NCBI GenBank assembly: GCA_965649825.1
Contig: OZ287702.1
Coordinates: 496,001 to 560,000 of the forward strand
Direction: 5' to 3'
From: Penicillus capitatus
Lineage: Eukaryota > Plantae > Chlorophyta
DNA length: 64,000 bases
Below the pieces are notes generated by a model. It ran no database searches, was not told where the DNA came from, and saw only the letters and a list, made by a program, of their open reading frames with translations. Made by a program: the position numbers and the translations under genes. Each line of letters starts with the position of its first letter. Within the stretch, counting starts at the first letter, position 1. Positions 46,431-59,100 of this stretch are shown here, piece by piece.

Positions 46431-46803
46431 AATAGCTCGCGATTTTGGAGTGTAGATTTCGGTATTCTTTTGGTGTGAACACAGGACGAACGACCTGAAA
46501 GGCGATGAAAGAAGAAAGAAATGTGTAAGAAACAGCGATGTTTTTGTAAGATCGTCCTTCGTCGCTCACCTCTCCGACGTCGTCAACAACGTCAGCCTCG
46601 ACCACCTGTTCATCCCGAGAGGAGCGTCTAGTGCCAGGGTATGTGTGGTGATCGTGGAAGGCAAGCAGATGTATGAGCTCATATGAGAACCAGTAGAGCA
46701 GGGAAACGTCCCATCACTCGGCTGCATGTATGTATGTGCGCATAAACGTGGCTGTCGATGATCGCATTAAAGAACCGAAGAGCGGAAGGGGCTTAACTGG
46801 CAG

Positions 46804-48574
46804 ATGGCCACTGCGGTCTTTTTCTCGGGAAGCGTCCCAGACGCGATATCTCTTTCGCATCAGCAGAAAAGACCTCTCATCATCTTTTTGAAAGGTCGTT
46901 GCCAAAATCTTCTCTTTCTGCCAATACCATTCAACAGGAAGCTGCGATAACAGCCTTGAAATCGAAAACGCTTTTCGCAGCGAAGCGTTTTCCCCAGTCG
47001 TGGCGCGTTGTTTGGTGCTGTTGCTCGAAGATGACTTGGGAAATACGGAAGACATCAAGTATAACAATGCCCGTCTCTTTCGGCAACTCTTTCCTGTCAA
47101 TCAACTCCCTGCCGTACTCGCCTGCCCAATCCTCTTCTCTACTGACTGACTCTGAAAACAGGTATTCTTATTGGGAGTCAATGGAGTGGCATTGGTCTCA
47201 GTGGAAGGGTCCATTTCGGCAGAGGAGCTACTCACTCGACTAGAGAATGGACTCCGTGCTTATGATGAGCAGGTTTGATCGAATCTAAATCATGACGGTG
47301 TGATGGCTGTGACGCAGACGACTGAGAACACATCACGTCAGGCAGCGACAGAGGCTCCTGTTGAGCAGACGCCTCCTGCTTCCCAGAATCCCGCCACGCC
47401 TCCTGCTTCCCAGAATCCCGCCACGCCTCCTGCTTCCCAGAATCCCGCCACGCCTCCTGCTTCCCAGAATCCCGCCACGCCTCCTGCTTCCCAGAATCCC
47501 GCCACGCCTCCTGCTTCCCAGAGTGTTCGGACAGCGACATCGATGGATTCCCGGCCAGTGCAGACAGCATCGACGCCACCAGTTTTGATCTAGAGCACGA
47601 ACAGGGCATTTTTGTACCGAGTGAGCGACCTTTTAGGAACAGCCACGAGTGGTGAAGAAAAAGAAGAAGAAACAAGAGCCGCCTCCGCCGCCACCTGTTT
47701 ACACAACCGCCATTTTGCGTATACGGTTGACAAATGACGATGTGCTGGAGTAAGGAGGCATCTTTCATTTGGCTCTCTACTCGACAGTTAATCTCCTGCA
47801 GGCAGGAGTTTCCAGCAGATGCCACTCTCAGAGAGGTTTGCAGTCATGTGGATGTTCATCGGACAGATGGTGGAGCACCTTATGTACTGGAGATGATGTA
47901 TCCACGACAATCACTCGGAGAAAACGCCTACAGCCGAACGCTTAAACAGTTGGACCTGGTTCCTCGCTCTACTGTCCGACTCATGGTACATCCCATCCAC
48001 CGACAATGCATTTAAATGACAGATCGTTTCGATCAGCCGTTGAGTTCAGGCGGCGGCCAAGGAAGTGAAGTCGCAGGCTCAAGTGGAGAAGCAGGGCTGA
48101 TGTCGATGGTTTACAATGGAATCGGTTCAGCTTACAGTTACATCAGTTCCTTCTCCTTCTTCTCCGTGCCAGACGACAACACTCCAGGCGAAAACCAACG
48201 TACGCATATGTCTATCATCCCTGTCTCTTGATGTATCATCCATCCATTGTCCAGCAGCGTCGAGGGAAACGTCACATCAAGGCGCAGCAGAGACGATCCC
48301 ATCTCAACAAGACTCGCGAACAGGTGTCGCCATAGATCGACATGAATTTTCATGCCAGTATCGAGTTGTAGTGCGTCGTCGATCTGGATGGGGTGGCAAT
48401 GTGCATGGTTTGCATGATGGTGATGATAGCGATGATCGCAATCGGTCATCGAATGCTTTCTGGTAAAGAGACATCTTAATCGTCTCCGTTACAACACGAG
48501 TGTTTATTCGCAGGAATGGAAACTCCACACAATTCGGTGGAGGAGGAGAAGGAGGAAATGCGCACGAGGACTGA
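46804..48574 (+). CDS. UBX-domain p97/CDC48 cofactor with N-terminal thioredoxin-like/UAS domain (UBXN4/PUX11-like), multi-exon
   Basis: MATAVFFSGSVPDAISLSHQQKRPLIIFLKG; FRQLFPVNQLPA|VFLLGVNG...EGSISAEEL; UBX domain EFPADATLREV...YVLEMMYPRQ...TLKQLDLVPRSTV; C-terminal AFW|NGNSTQFGG. Confidence 0.85.
47369..47522 (+). repeat. Perfect 27-bp coding minisatellite (~5.7 copies; TPPASQNPA)
   Basis: acgcctcctgcttcccagaatcccgcc x5 plus a 19-nt partial copy, with no substitutions. Confidence 0.97.
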
Positions 48575-48791
48575 CGGAAATCTTGATCTCCGCCACAAAC
48601 CACAGTTACACCGTAAAGCTCACAAACAACTTTAATACCGTTACGAACCTCGCCATCGCGCAATCATACGTGTGAGACGTTCACAGCTTCGTGGAAAAAA
48701 ACGGGGAAAACCAAAATGATGTACGCATTGTGTCGGACTGATTAATCGAAGCAGGGCGAAACCAAAGAAGAACGAACGAACGCTGTACATC

Positions 48792-49864
48792 TCATTTCTG
48801 TTCAGGCATCGCTGTTGTCGATGAATCCCCGGTGTTGTGGGTCACGCTCTCTGTGGATTCGCTCTCGGTAAAAGCGCTGGATCCCTGGGCGACCGAGGAA
48901 GGCGCTTCGTTGATCTTTTCTTTATTGGGGAGGGATGTGCCGTTGCGTTTATCGGTTTGGTTCTGGACGAGTTGCAAACGGTACTTTTGCAAGTGACTGG
49001 CCACATTCTCGCGCGTCAATCCTTCGACGCCCATCAGCTAGACAGAGCAGATATCCATAGAGGCAGATCCATCGCCGTTTGTGTTCGGCTTACTTCGAGT
49101 ATGGCTTTCGGAACAGCTTTGTCGAGACCGAGTTTCTCAACAGCCTCCACGAATCGTTCATGGAGTTCTTTCGTCCACACGAGACGGGTTCGCTTGACAG
49201 GGATCGTCCTGTGGGTGGACGCAGAATCGGTCTCATTCTCACAATCCTTTCGTTTATTCTGGGGTTTGGATGCCGAATCATCTCGACGACCTGCATCAAC
49301 ACAACACCATCGTCGATGCCTGAACACAACATCCGAAGCGACGCCATCATTACTGGACAGTGGATCGATCACGTATGGTCGAACATGTTGATCGTGATAA
49401 AATGGTGGAGGGGGAAGACAACTCCCAGTGCGCAGGGCAGATAACAGCCTCGCGTATTCCATACTGGCCAACTGTAGCTGGATCATGTGATTAATGCCGA
49501 CCACTCCGTCCGTGGAGAAAGATGGAGCCATGGCTTTGTTTGGCTCCGGAATGGTTTTGGGGAAAGGCGTCGAAAGCACATCGACCGTTTTTGGCTCCAT
49601 AGAGTAGTGGCATCTCGGACAACAGCGTGGCTCCAGAGCTTCGCTCGTGAGGTACGGAAGCTTACGTGGCGTTGAAGCATGGGCCATATCTATCCAAGGA
49701 GTGCCGTCCACTCGACGCATTGCCGGTTCAGATGTGCTGTTGCTTGGCTGGTTGGTCTGTCTAGAAGTGGTATCGTTCGGAGGGCCACATCGGTTCTGCT
49801 CGTATTTTTCCATTAGTCGACGGTGCGTCGCCACCAAGCTCGCGAATTCTGCGCTCGAATCCAT
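48792..49864 (-). CDS. GARP (G2-like Myb, SHLQKYR class; LUX/ARR-B-like DNA-binding domain) transcription factor, at least 1 intron
   Basis: KRTRLVWTKELHERFVEAVEKLGLDKAVPKAILE|LMGVEGLTRENVASHLQKYRL. No receiver domain is visible. Confidence 0.92.
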
Positions 49865-51437
49865 CAAGAGCTACTGCCTCTACTGATACCCAGAATCTAC
49901 AACGCTGCACGAAGCTATACGCACAGACTATTAAAGGTACCCTAACCGTTCAGAGAAAAGGAAAGAAACAAAGGAACCAATCAAGATGCACTCCTCAGCG
50001 GGGTGCGATCCACGACGGATAGCAATGAATGGCCTCGTTGCATCCACTGCCTCGAAACGCTGAGTATCTCTTCGATCGACCGCATGCTGCTTCTTAAGCA
50101 GCATCCTTCAAACAACACAAAACGTTGATATCGATGCCTGAAGTATTCTTATGTTTGCAAACTGGAATACGAAAAAACCTAGGAGCGCCGCGCAAAGCGG
50201 ATGGCGCGTTATCGACGAAAAACGTGGAAGATCATTAGGATGGCTCCATCCACCTGAACGTTATTGATGCGTCTTGAGTTGAACACGCGGTATGGCGTAC
50301 GTGCAGTCTTCGTTGGACATGCCTCGTTAGTGATTCGTTTCCAGATGACGATGTTGATAACCTCTGGTCATTGGATGCACAGGAGTGACTGACGCATGTC
50401 GTGACAGGTTATTTGTGCAAAAGCATAAAACGATTGTTCCTAAAAGAGACTCTGTCCTTCGAGTACTGCTTACGCGTAAGGATGCTCGAGGCATCTGCAC
50501 AACTCAAGAATGGCATCGGTCAGTGACCCATCCATCCGACAGTACGATCTCCTGGCCAAAAGTGCTGTATCATTCATTCGATTCCGTATTTGGCATTTTC
50601 CTCGATTCTCTTGTGGGTTGATTGCCCAGATCACGCGAAGTCCGTCGATTCATCGACAGCTGGTTTTCTTAGTCTTTTACGTCGTGCAGGACATCTGATG
50701 ATGTTTGACTTATCGTATCGCTGCCTAGGACGATGTATTTTTGCAGGTATCTTCAAATGCAGCCGTCCATTTTCTCTTGACATATACGCACCCGAATCTA
50801 TTGTTTTCTGTCACCTACTGAGGCAGACCGTTCTTACTGCAGCTGACTTCAACATCAGGTGACGTTTTCCTCGATAAGCCTATTCTTTCCAAACAGGCAG
50901 TAAAGGAATTTCTCTTTGCCGTTGGAGCATTGCTTCAAGGCATGTGTCTATCGCCCAACGCTGAAAAGGCGGGCAGTGGACGATGGTTCTTCATATTCAC
51001 CACACACTTCAGCATCCAACGAAGTACAACTTTCTATTCTTAACCGGGAAGATGTACCACCATCAACCGAATGCTGTTTTCTGCAGAAGCACGTTTGTCG
51101 ACAAACGTAGCACTGCAATAATACTTGAACGGCGTCGGTCATTCGAGAACTCGTTCGCCTTGTTGACGTTTAGAACGAACCGATGCCCACTCGTTCTCAG
51201 TTTCAACTATAGAGCGATTTCTGATGGGTGGGCGAAATTCGGCGATGGCTTACGTAAGGACATGCATGGCCAGGTCAGCAAACGACGCATGCGAACGCAA
51301 TGGAGCTCAGCTGTTAGCAGCTCCTCTGTCACCTGTCTAAGATACGAGTCCATTCGGCTTGATGCATTATCGACCGTGTGCGAAACCGAACAGCTTAAGA
51401 TGAGTTTGATTCGGCCAATCTCTTCTACTGCCATTCG

Positions 51438-52415
51438 ATGAACATGGATGCGTCTCGCGTCCTGTACATAAGTATAAATTCGCCATTCTGTTGGAAAGCA
51501 CGTCTGGCCCTCGAAGAAAAGGGACTTAGCTACGAAAGCAAACCCCTGGAAATATACGAAAAGAGTAGATCTTTCGGTAGCCCTGGATTGTAATCGCGCT
51601 GCTCGTGCAGAGGAACAGAAGAGCGCTGAAGTTCTCGCCATCAATCCACGAGGCCAAGTGCCGACGTTCAAAGATGGCGAAGCGATCGTCAATGACTCCC
51701 TCGGCATCTTGCTGTATCTCGAGTCTCACTATCGTGATAAGCCACTGATCCCTGAGGATCCAGTGACAAAAGCGCAAGTCTGTGATCACGCAAATATAAG
51801 ATCTGATTGAACGAGGGACCAACTGTAAAAGGTGCTGCACGTTTGATCGAGATAAATGTTCTGGAAAACAAACTACGTCCCTTTGTACTAATGAAGGTCT
51901 ACATAACTGCTCTTGCCTTATCCCTAGCAGTTATTTATGTGTACTTCGGTATTCAGATGAGAGGAGCCGACGACACTCAAGAAGAACAATACATTGCTGA
52001 TTCCAAGGCAAGGTGCAACTAGGACCTCACTCACATTGAAGGGGCGAACATAGGATGAGCTGATGTTGTGGGACGGCTTTGTTGCGAATCAAGAGTACCT
52101 TGCTAGCGACACGTTCACTCTTGCAGGTACAGTGGTGCCGTTGCCAATGTAGATCGATCAGACGATCTGCTGTTTATGATGAGATGTATCGTTTGCACCG
52201 GTCATTCTCGTTCTGGAGAGGTATGGGATGACATTCACGAACCACCCAAACTTGAAGAGATACTGCGAACTCGTGAAGGCGAGCCCCCAGAAAATCCTAT
52301 TGCACTCATGAGCAGTTTAACGGCAATGTAGACGCGTCCATCAATTGTCAAGGCTGTGCTTTCTGCCTTGGAAGACAGTCCTTCGCAGTATGACTTCATG
52401 AAAGTCTTCGGGTAG
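51438..52415 (+). CDS. Glutathione S-transferase (theta/rho-like), multi-exon
   Basis: SPFCWKARLALEEKGLSY; EQKSAEVLAINPRGQVPTFKDGEAIVNDSLGILLYLE; LWDGF...YLASDTFTLADVSFAPV; HPNLKRYCELVK|TRPSI. Confidence 0.9.
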
Positions 52416-53757
52416 TGAAGGATTTGATGGATGGACCTTGCTCTTGCCACTATGGCGATTCCTCGTTCACGGAGAAACGTCTCGTAGGGCGTCTTTACCT
52501 TTCATTTACTGACTTTTCAATGGGATCTTTAATCACATGGTACTCATGTGTCAGTTTCGATTCTTGGCTGATGGTGAGAGATTTCGACACTCGGATCCTG
52601 TTGTAAGGCCCCAATTGATCATTGGTTATCATCGCACATCTAGAAATGCATCGACACGATAACCGCCGGAGGGCAAAGGGCGTCTCTTTTGATTCACGAT
52701 CGATGCTTACTTTACGGTAGTGGCGCATCTGAGTTGTTCAATATCAAGTCTATTCTTAAGATATCCAGGAGCCCGCGGGAATTGTGCGACGATTTACCAC
52801 AACGCATTCATTCGAGGTTTGAAGCAAGGACGCGAAGTATTCCGCGACAGATGACGATCCATGTTGTGCCGATTATTGCGTTCCAGGGAAAGATCTGTTA
52901 GGTGACTTCAAAACTCATGCGCATGCAGAGTGGGATTTTGTGGTTCTGGAGGTTTAAACAAAACGTATGCCCGATAGTTAGAACGAAAACGCTCGAGTAA
53001 CGCTATTCAAAAGAGTGTGTTGCACTGGCTGCTTCCCAACAGGGCACCGCCCAAGCTTCTGTGGAGCTTGCCTATGTTTGAGAATTTGGCGATGTTGCTT
53101 GCATAGTCTGTGACAAAGCATTATAGTAAGAATTTCTATGCTGACAGGGAAAGTGTACGTACGTAGATCACGATGCACCATCACGTGTGTCGTCGATTGA
53201 TGAATTGAATTTACATCACAATTCTCGGTGGCCGCTGTGGTTTATCCAAGAACGGCAGAGTAACGAACACTTTGACGACAAAGTAAATGTTCCAGGCCGT
53301 CATCGTACTGTGAGCATATCTACCTATTTCACCTCTGCTTTGCATAGCAATCTACTATAAGCATCGAGAGACCTTAAGTGGTCGACCGTGCTCTCGGTAA
53401 GATGGACTGAACGTTCGATGGTGAGACATGATGGGATTTGCTTGGGGACGCGACTTAAAAAACGAGGAACGCTCGACACTGGACGGGTCACGTCGCTCCG
53501 CTGAGGTAGGAGGAGGAGACTGGATGTTGGTTTGTTCGTATAGACGCAGGACCTTGAGAGTCGTGGGTGACGTGGGTAGGAAGCGGCGAAAGTCGAAGTA
53601 TTCGACAGTACTGAAAACCGGGCCAAGTGTTGACTCTTCTTGCCTGCGCCACACTCAAGATGCAACCCTCCAAGCGCTACATGGAATCCGCCGAGTGAAC
53701 GACTTTGCTAACAGGAAAGTTACAAGCACGTGGAGATGTGTCGGTGGACAATTTCCA

Positions 53758-54400
53758 TGAGCAAGGAGAGGCCTTTGGTGGTCGATCGTTCTGGAGGCGC
53801 TATGTCTGAAAAGTTGCCGGACAGCCAAGCCGCGGCGGCACATCTCCTCGTGCCCTTCACTACTCGCCGAGAGAAGTCGCCTAATCGGTTTGCTTGCGGC
53901 CTGGCCAACATCACGCACTTCGAAGTTGTGATTGGGAACGAAGACTGCTTCGAGGATATTGTTTGCGCATTGAAGTTGGTGATGGATATTCAGCGCCCGA
54001 GTATCGAAAGTTGGAAAAGATAGCTGCTTGTACCAACCGATTTTCTCGCCGGAATGACAAGTTTAAGACAGCCAGAGGTGTCGGAAATGTGGGCGCGGAT
54101 CCGACCATGTATCAACAAACATTGGCCACATTTCCAGAATTGACAAATCTTTGTTTAGACTTTCATCGCAAGTTCCCGGTCACTAACTCTCTTCACGCTC
54201 AGATTAATCTTCTTACAAACCTCAGGTCTTTGAATATTCGCCTTACTGAGTAAGCGGGACATGGAAGTCTGCTGGACAGTCTGTCGGGAGAGAACCTAAA
54301 AACTGCAAAGCTGAACGTATCAACTCCAAACTTGAACTTGGACGTCGTCGGCCCAGTTCGAGGGTCCGTGTCAGAGATGCAGATGTCTTATCGCCCGACC
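53758..54400 (+). pseudogene. Degraded LRR-like coding relic
   Basis: LxxLxL-like pieces (FPELTNLCLDF, LLTNLRSLNIRL, NLKTAKLNV, AGMTSLRQPEV) are separated by stops and frame changes. Confidence 0.4.
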
Positions 54401-56169
54401 TATCTATCTGGAACGGTTGGGTCGACGCGCAAGTAAATACCCGGAAGCTTGTTTCCGATCCGATCCGATCCGAGGTTCAAAATAACTCGAATCGTAGATA
54501 GTGCGCGATATCTAAATGATCGAAACGAGGCGGTCGTTCAGCCACAGATTGATCGATCTTTATGATGTCGCTTGTTATCACGCGGTTCGATGAAGCGCGA
54601 CATGATAACTTCCGAAATCTGTGCTTTCGTGTTCTTCTTCTATTGATCGATTGATAGAAACTCCTAAGTATTCTCTCTTTGATCGATCGTTTGTCGAACG
54701 CATGTTTTCGTTCGAACGAGATAAAAGAATTGCTTAAGTACCGCGCACAAATATCCTACGAAACTGATCACAAAGAGACAACACGAAGTAAAGAGATGGG
54801 GGTAAAGATTGATTCGGAGGTCGGCCCTCGTCGTACGAGTCCTTAGGAGAACTGCACGACTTTAATAACACTAACTAATTGTTGTCTTCGACAAGGGTCC
54901 CGTCATGCTGTCTTGTTGTGAAATGGGTAATGACGCAAAAAGGCGCTGGTTTACTCATGCGAGGCCTTTTTCTATGGCTCTGAGAGGCTGGTGACTCACC
55001 TGCCTAGACAAATCTTGTCACACGATCGGCATATAAATTTGTGGATGTGGACCTCAAAAGAATTCTGCTTCGAGCTTGTAACGAGTTTTCCGTTGCATTG
55101 TTCGCTGCGCATCCCGTACCGCGACCACACTAATGTACTCGTACAAACATAAATCGCTTAAGTAAGCAGAATACCAATTCACATCGCTTCTAGAGTCTTC
55201 TCTGCCTTGCATGCAGGCCCTGACCACCACAGAAGATCCATCACATTAAAAATTCCAATCGAACTTCGCATTCACCACTTTGGACTCCGTCTTAGGGCGA
55301 CGAGGTATCGAAGCACTCTCCATCACCATTTAAACCCAACGATGATTCACAGCACGTGCGCCTGTGAGCCGTCTCGCCTGCAGGATGGGGGTCAATGTAA
55401 CCGAGCGATCGGGCACCAACTTCGACGACTTCACACTGATCCCAATTCGCAATGCGAAAACGTTGACAGTCATCGCGCAAGACCATCGACGATGCGATTC
55501 ACATACCCTCCCTGGATACCAAGCGACAAGAATGCGAGGAGTGAGAATGCTGCCAATCGCATCGCCACGGCGAAAGAGCATAAACGCGTATGATTGTCGC
55601 ACTGAGAGTTGTTGGCACCGCGCTGAGGGATTCTGGCGCGAGGTGTTACTCAGATGGTAAAGACAGCAGCATCCGCGGTGGGTAATGGCTAAGCTTCACC
55701 GACTCCGCTAAAGACGGCAACGTTCCACGAGAAGCGTCACACGAACCTCAGATAGAGATCTCTGTTACATGTTATACAGTAAAAACAATATATTAGTCCA
55801 TCAACGATAGAGATAGTCTCACAAAATACGCATATCATTGACAGAATAAACAAGAACGAAAGTAAATCTGTAGTCACAAGTCGAAAAGGGAGTTCTCCGC
55901 GACCTCGATCCGAAGAACAACTGTTCTCTAGAGTGGATGTCATTTGAAGAGAAAGACAAAGACGGACGCGACGGATTCCGTCACTGTATGCAGGGTCATT
56001 CCCTGTAGTCGACTGATGCGCTTAGCATTCTCAGAACGGACAACCGTCATAGAGTTGAGCCTGTGCGCCTGCATCGAAGCAGTTTGCAGATTCTAACCCG
56101 CTTTTGGCGCGAGGCGGCCAAAGCTCTGTTGGGATTCTAGAGGTCGCTGAAGACGAAGACGACAGAGAC

Positions 56170-59100
56170 GTCGATCACTGAATTTTCGCACAGACGTCCG
56201 ACAACCGATTCTCTCCTGTTTGACTAAGACGATTGCCTTAAACGACGTGGGCCTGTCTCGGCGTCTTGTCGATTTCGAGGCGAAGTATCGTCGTGTGTTG
56301 ACAGGAAGGCCGTTCGGCAGCATCGAGAGGTCCCGTCATCGATCGGACGTGTCTAGATGACGGACGTCTTCGAGGTCCATGAGCATCATTATCCTTGCAT
56401 TCGACCATCGGTTGACAAACGCTGACTTCGTCCTGTTCGAAGTTCGTTGGTTCGTTCGCACACGGCAAGTTTTCGGGCCATGCAGCGAATGTCTGTAGAA
56501 TCGCTGCTCCATCTGACAGGGAGCGTTCTCTTAATCGCCTGTTCGACAGGAGCACAACAGAGTCCCGCAGGTAGTGATGCGATTCGCTTCGTTGCCGCCT
56601 TGGCGGACGATCCTTGCTATTTTCGTCACTTCTTTGATGATGGCTCGACGTTCGGCGGCCCGAATTCAAGAAGCTGCTGTCGTCGATTTCGTCACCAGTG
56701 CGACCTTCGTAGGTGACGGGTGCAAACTGCCGAAGAAGACCGTTGATGAGACCCATGACGACGCGACACGGGCATGGCATGTCGACGATGCTTACTTCGA
56801 AGACCACGACTTGCAAGACGTCGTCGACTGCGCCTCCGACGGCGACACCATTCGGCTGAACGTCTCCAGACCTGTCCAGCCGAAAAGACAGATCGAAATT
56901 TCAAAGCGTCTGGAAATCCGAGGACCCAGAGGCGACGAGGAGAAGTCCACGCGACATGCACGCGCGAAACCAACTCTGACGTGTCCTCCTAATGACCCCC
57001 TCTTCGTCATCAGGTCGGTGACGGAGTGCTTCCATCGATGTCTTTTCAGATGTCTTCTATTTTTAGGGATGTCGACGTCGTCTTGGAAGACGTCTCCATC
57101 CGGGGCTGCATCTTCACCGATCCGTTCTACAACCTCAGTGTCGTCGAGATCAGCTGCGATCGATCACGCGATGACGATATCGTATTGGAAATGCGCGGCG
57201 TCGACTTCAGCCACAACATGAATCCAGGCGGCATCGCAGGATTCCGTGCCCAAGATCCGTCATGTGTCAAAGTCAAGCTGCGCGACTTTGATTTTCACGG
57301 GAACACCTATTTCCTTGGTTCCATATTTGGCCACAAGAACGATCTTGAGAACATTGTTATCTCAGAGAACACTCAGCGGCGTCAGTCTGTTGTTGGCGAC
57401 AGAATTTCCTTTCACATGTCGCAGAAAATTTATATCCCTTCGAACGTCGGCCTACCCACCTGGTAATGCTTCCTTGCTTTGCAGACAGACGTGCGATTTG
57501 CTTTCGATCGTAGGACGAAAAGCTTTCCCGACGGCTACACCGAGATGCACGCTTTGGAGAACGCTGCCTTCCGATTCCCCGAAGCATCCACGAGCACTGT
57601 GAAAGATCTTGTCTCCGTCGACAACGCTGGCTACCCTGTGTCCGTCGACAGAGGTTCCCTGTCGATCAGCGGGAATTCAAGGTTTGCAAACAACACCGGC
57701 AATGCTGGCGCCGTCATCGTGGCCTCCGATAGCAAAGTCGTCGTGACAGGCGCTCAGTTTGAGTACAATATCTACTTTAATCCGGGTGGATGCCTGGATC
57801 TACGAAACGGATCCAGCGGTGAAATCAGCTCCACACGCTTCTTCAAGAACGCTGCCAGAGATGGCACCTGCATCCGTGCCACCTCCCCTGCGCATCTGGA
57901 GATCAGGGACTGTGTCTTTGAGCAGAATCACAATTTCGACAGAGGATGCATTTGGGTCAATGGTTCCATCGATTCGACCTCCGCCGTCACGCTCTCTAAC
58001 TGTGTCTTTGTTAACAATACAGCGCTGGCGGATGCTAGAGCAGGCATCGTCCGTGGTTCTGTGATGTTTGAGCGTTTTGACCATGGACATGTGTTGATAG
58101 AGTCAGCGAGTTTCGAGAGCCATGAATTCGGGAGCTGTAGCCACAAGGAGGACGATCATGTTGGCTTAATCATCATGGCGAACACCCGTAATGTGTCATT
58201 CAAAGCCGACAGTTCATCTTTCATAAGGGCACCTATCATCGAGGGAGCGGGCCCTTTGGGAACTGCGTTTCGCTTTGTGGACACCACCGGGGTGCTGGAA
58301 ATAGCGCGATCTCGTTTTGAGAATCTCGCTAGTTGTGCCCATGGCGGCAGCATTTTCTTGAGAAACAGTCGAAGCCATGACGCTCGCACGGTGCTGAACG
58401 TGACTGAAAGCAATTTCTCCTCTATCGTCGCATTCGGAGGCACAGTCTACGCGAAGGGACGGGAGATCGAGGTTGAAGTGAGAGGTAGTCGATTTGAGCG
58501 CAATTCCGCCCAAGCAGAGAACCCTTATCATAATCTGGCCGGCAATGTTCTGTTCGTAGAAGACATAAAGACACTCAAAATGACAAATTGTACTGCAATG
58601 CATAACTTCGTCAATAATCCAGAGGGAGTCCAACCAGCTTCCGGATCGGTTCACATACAGAGGACAGACAGTGTGATGATAGAGGATAGCATATTCACTT
58701 CCAATTCAGTCGGAATAGGAAGAAGACAAACTGGGGGCGCCATCTATCTCTCCACCGGAGGGAAACAAGGAGAATTGGACGTGGTTAATTGCCGCTTTGA
58801 AGATAATGTTGCGTCCAGTGGCGGTGCCATCTATGTTAAAGGCCTTACACGACTTAACGTAAGAGACTGTGTCTTTCGAAACAACAGTGCTGCCGAATCT
58901 GGAGGAGCCATTCTTGCATCTGACTGCATGATGGCGACGTTTACGAAGATCAGCTTTGAAGCAAATGAGGCAAGACTCGGAGGAGCCTTGGCTTTCTGTG
59001 GTGATAAGGGTCCAACGGTCGAAGGAAGCTCTTTTGTGCGGAACAAAGCTCAGAAGGGAGGAGGCATTGCTTACGTGGATAACCATCCGCCGAGGTCACA

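Noticed and set aside
47369-47522. 27-bp direct repeats as a CRISPR array
   Set aside because: The repeats are contiguous with no spacers, in frame inside a eukaryotic exon, and there are no cas genes.
50983-51441. 152-aa ORF containing GWAKF (B3-domain-like)
   Set aside because: Only one short motif, with no other B3 features; it overlaps the GST upstream region.
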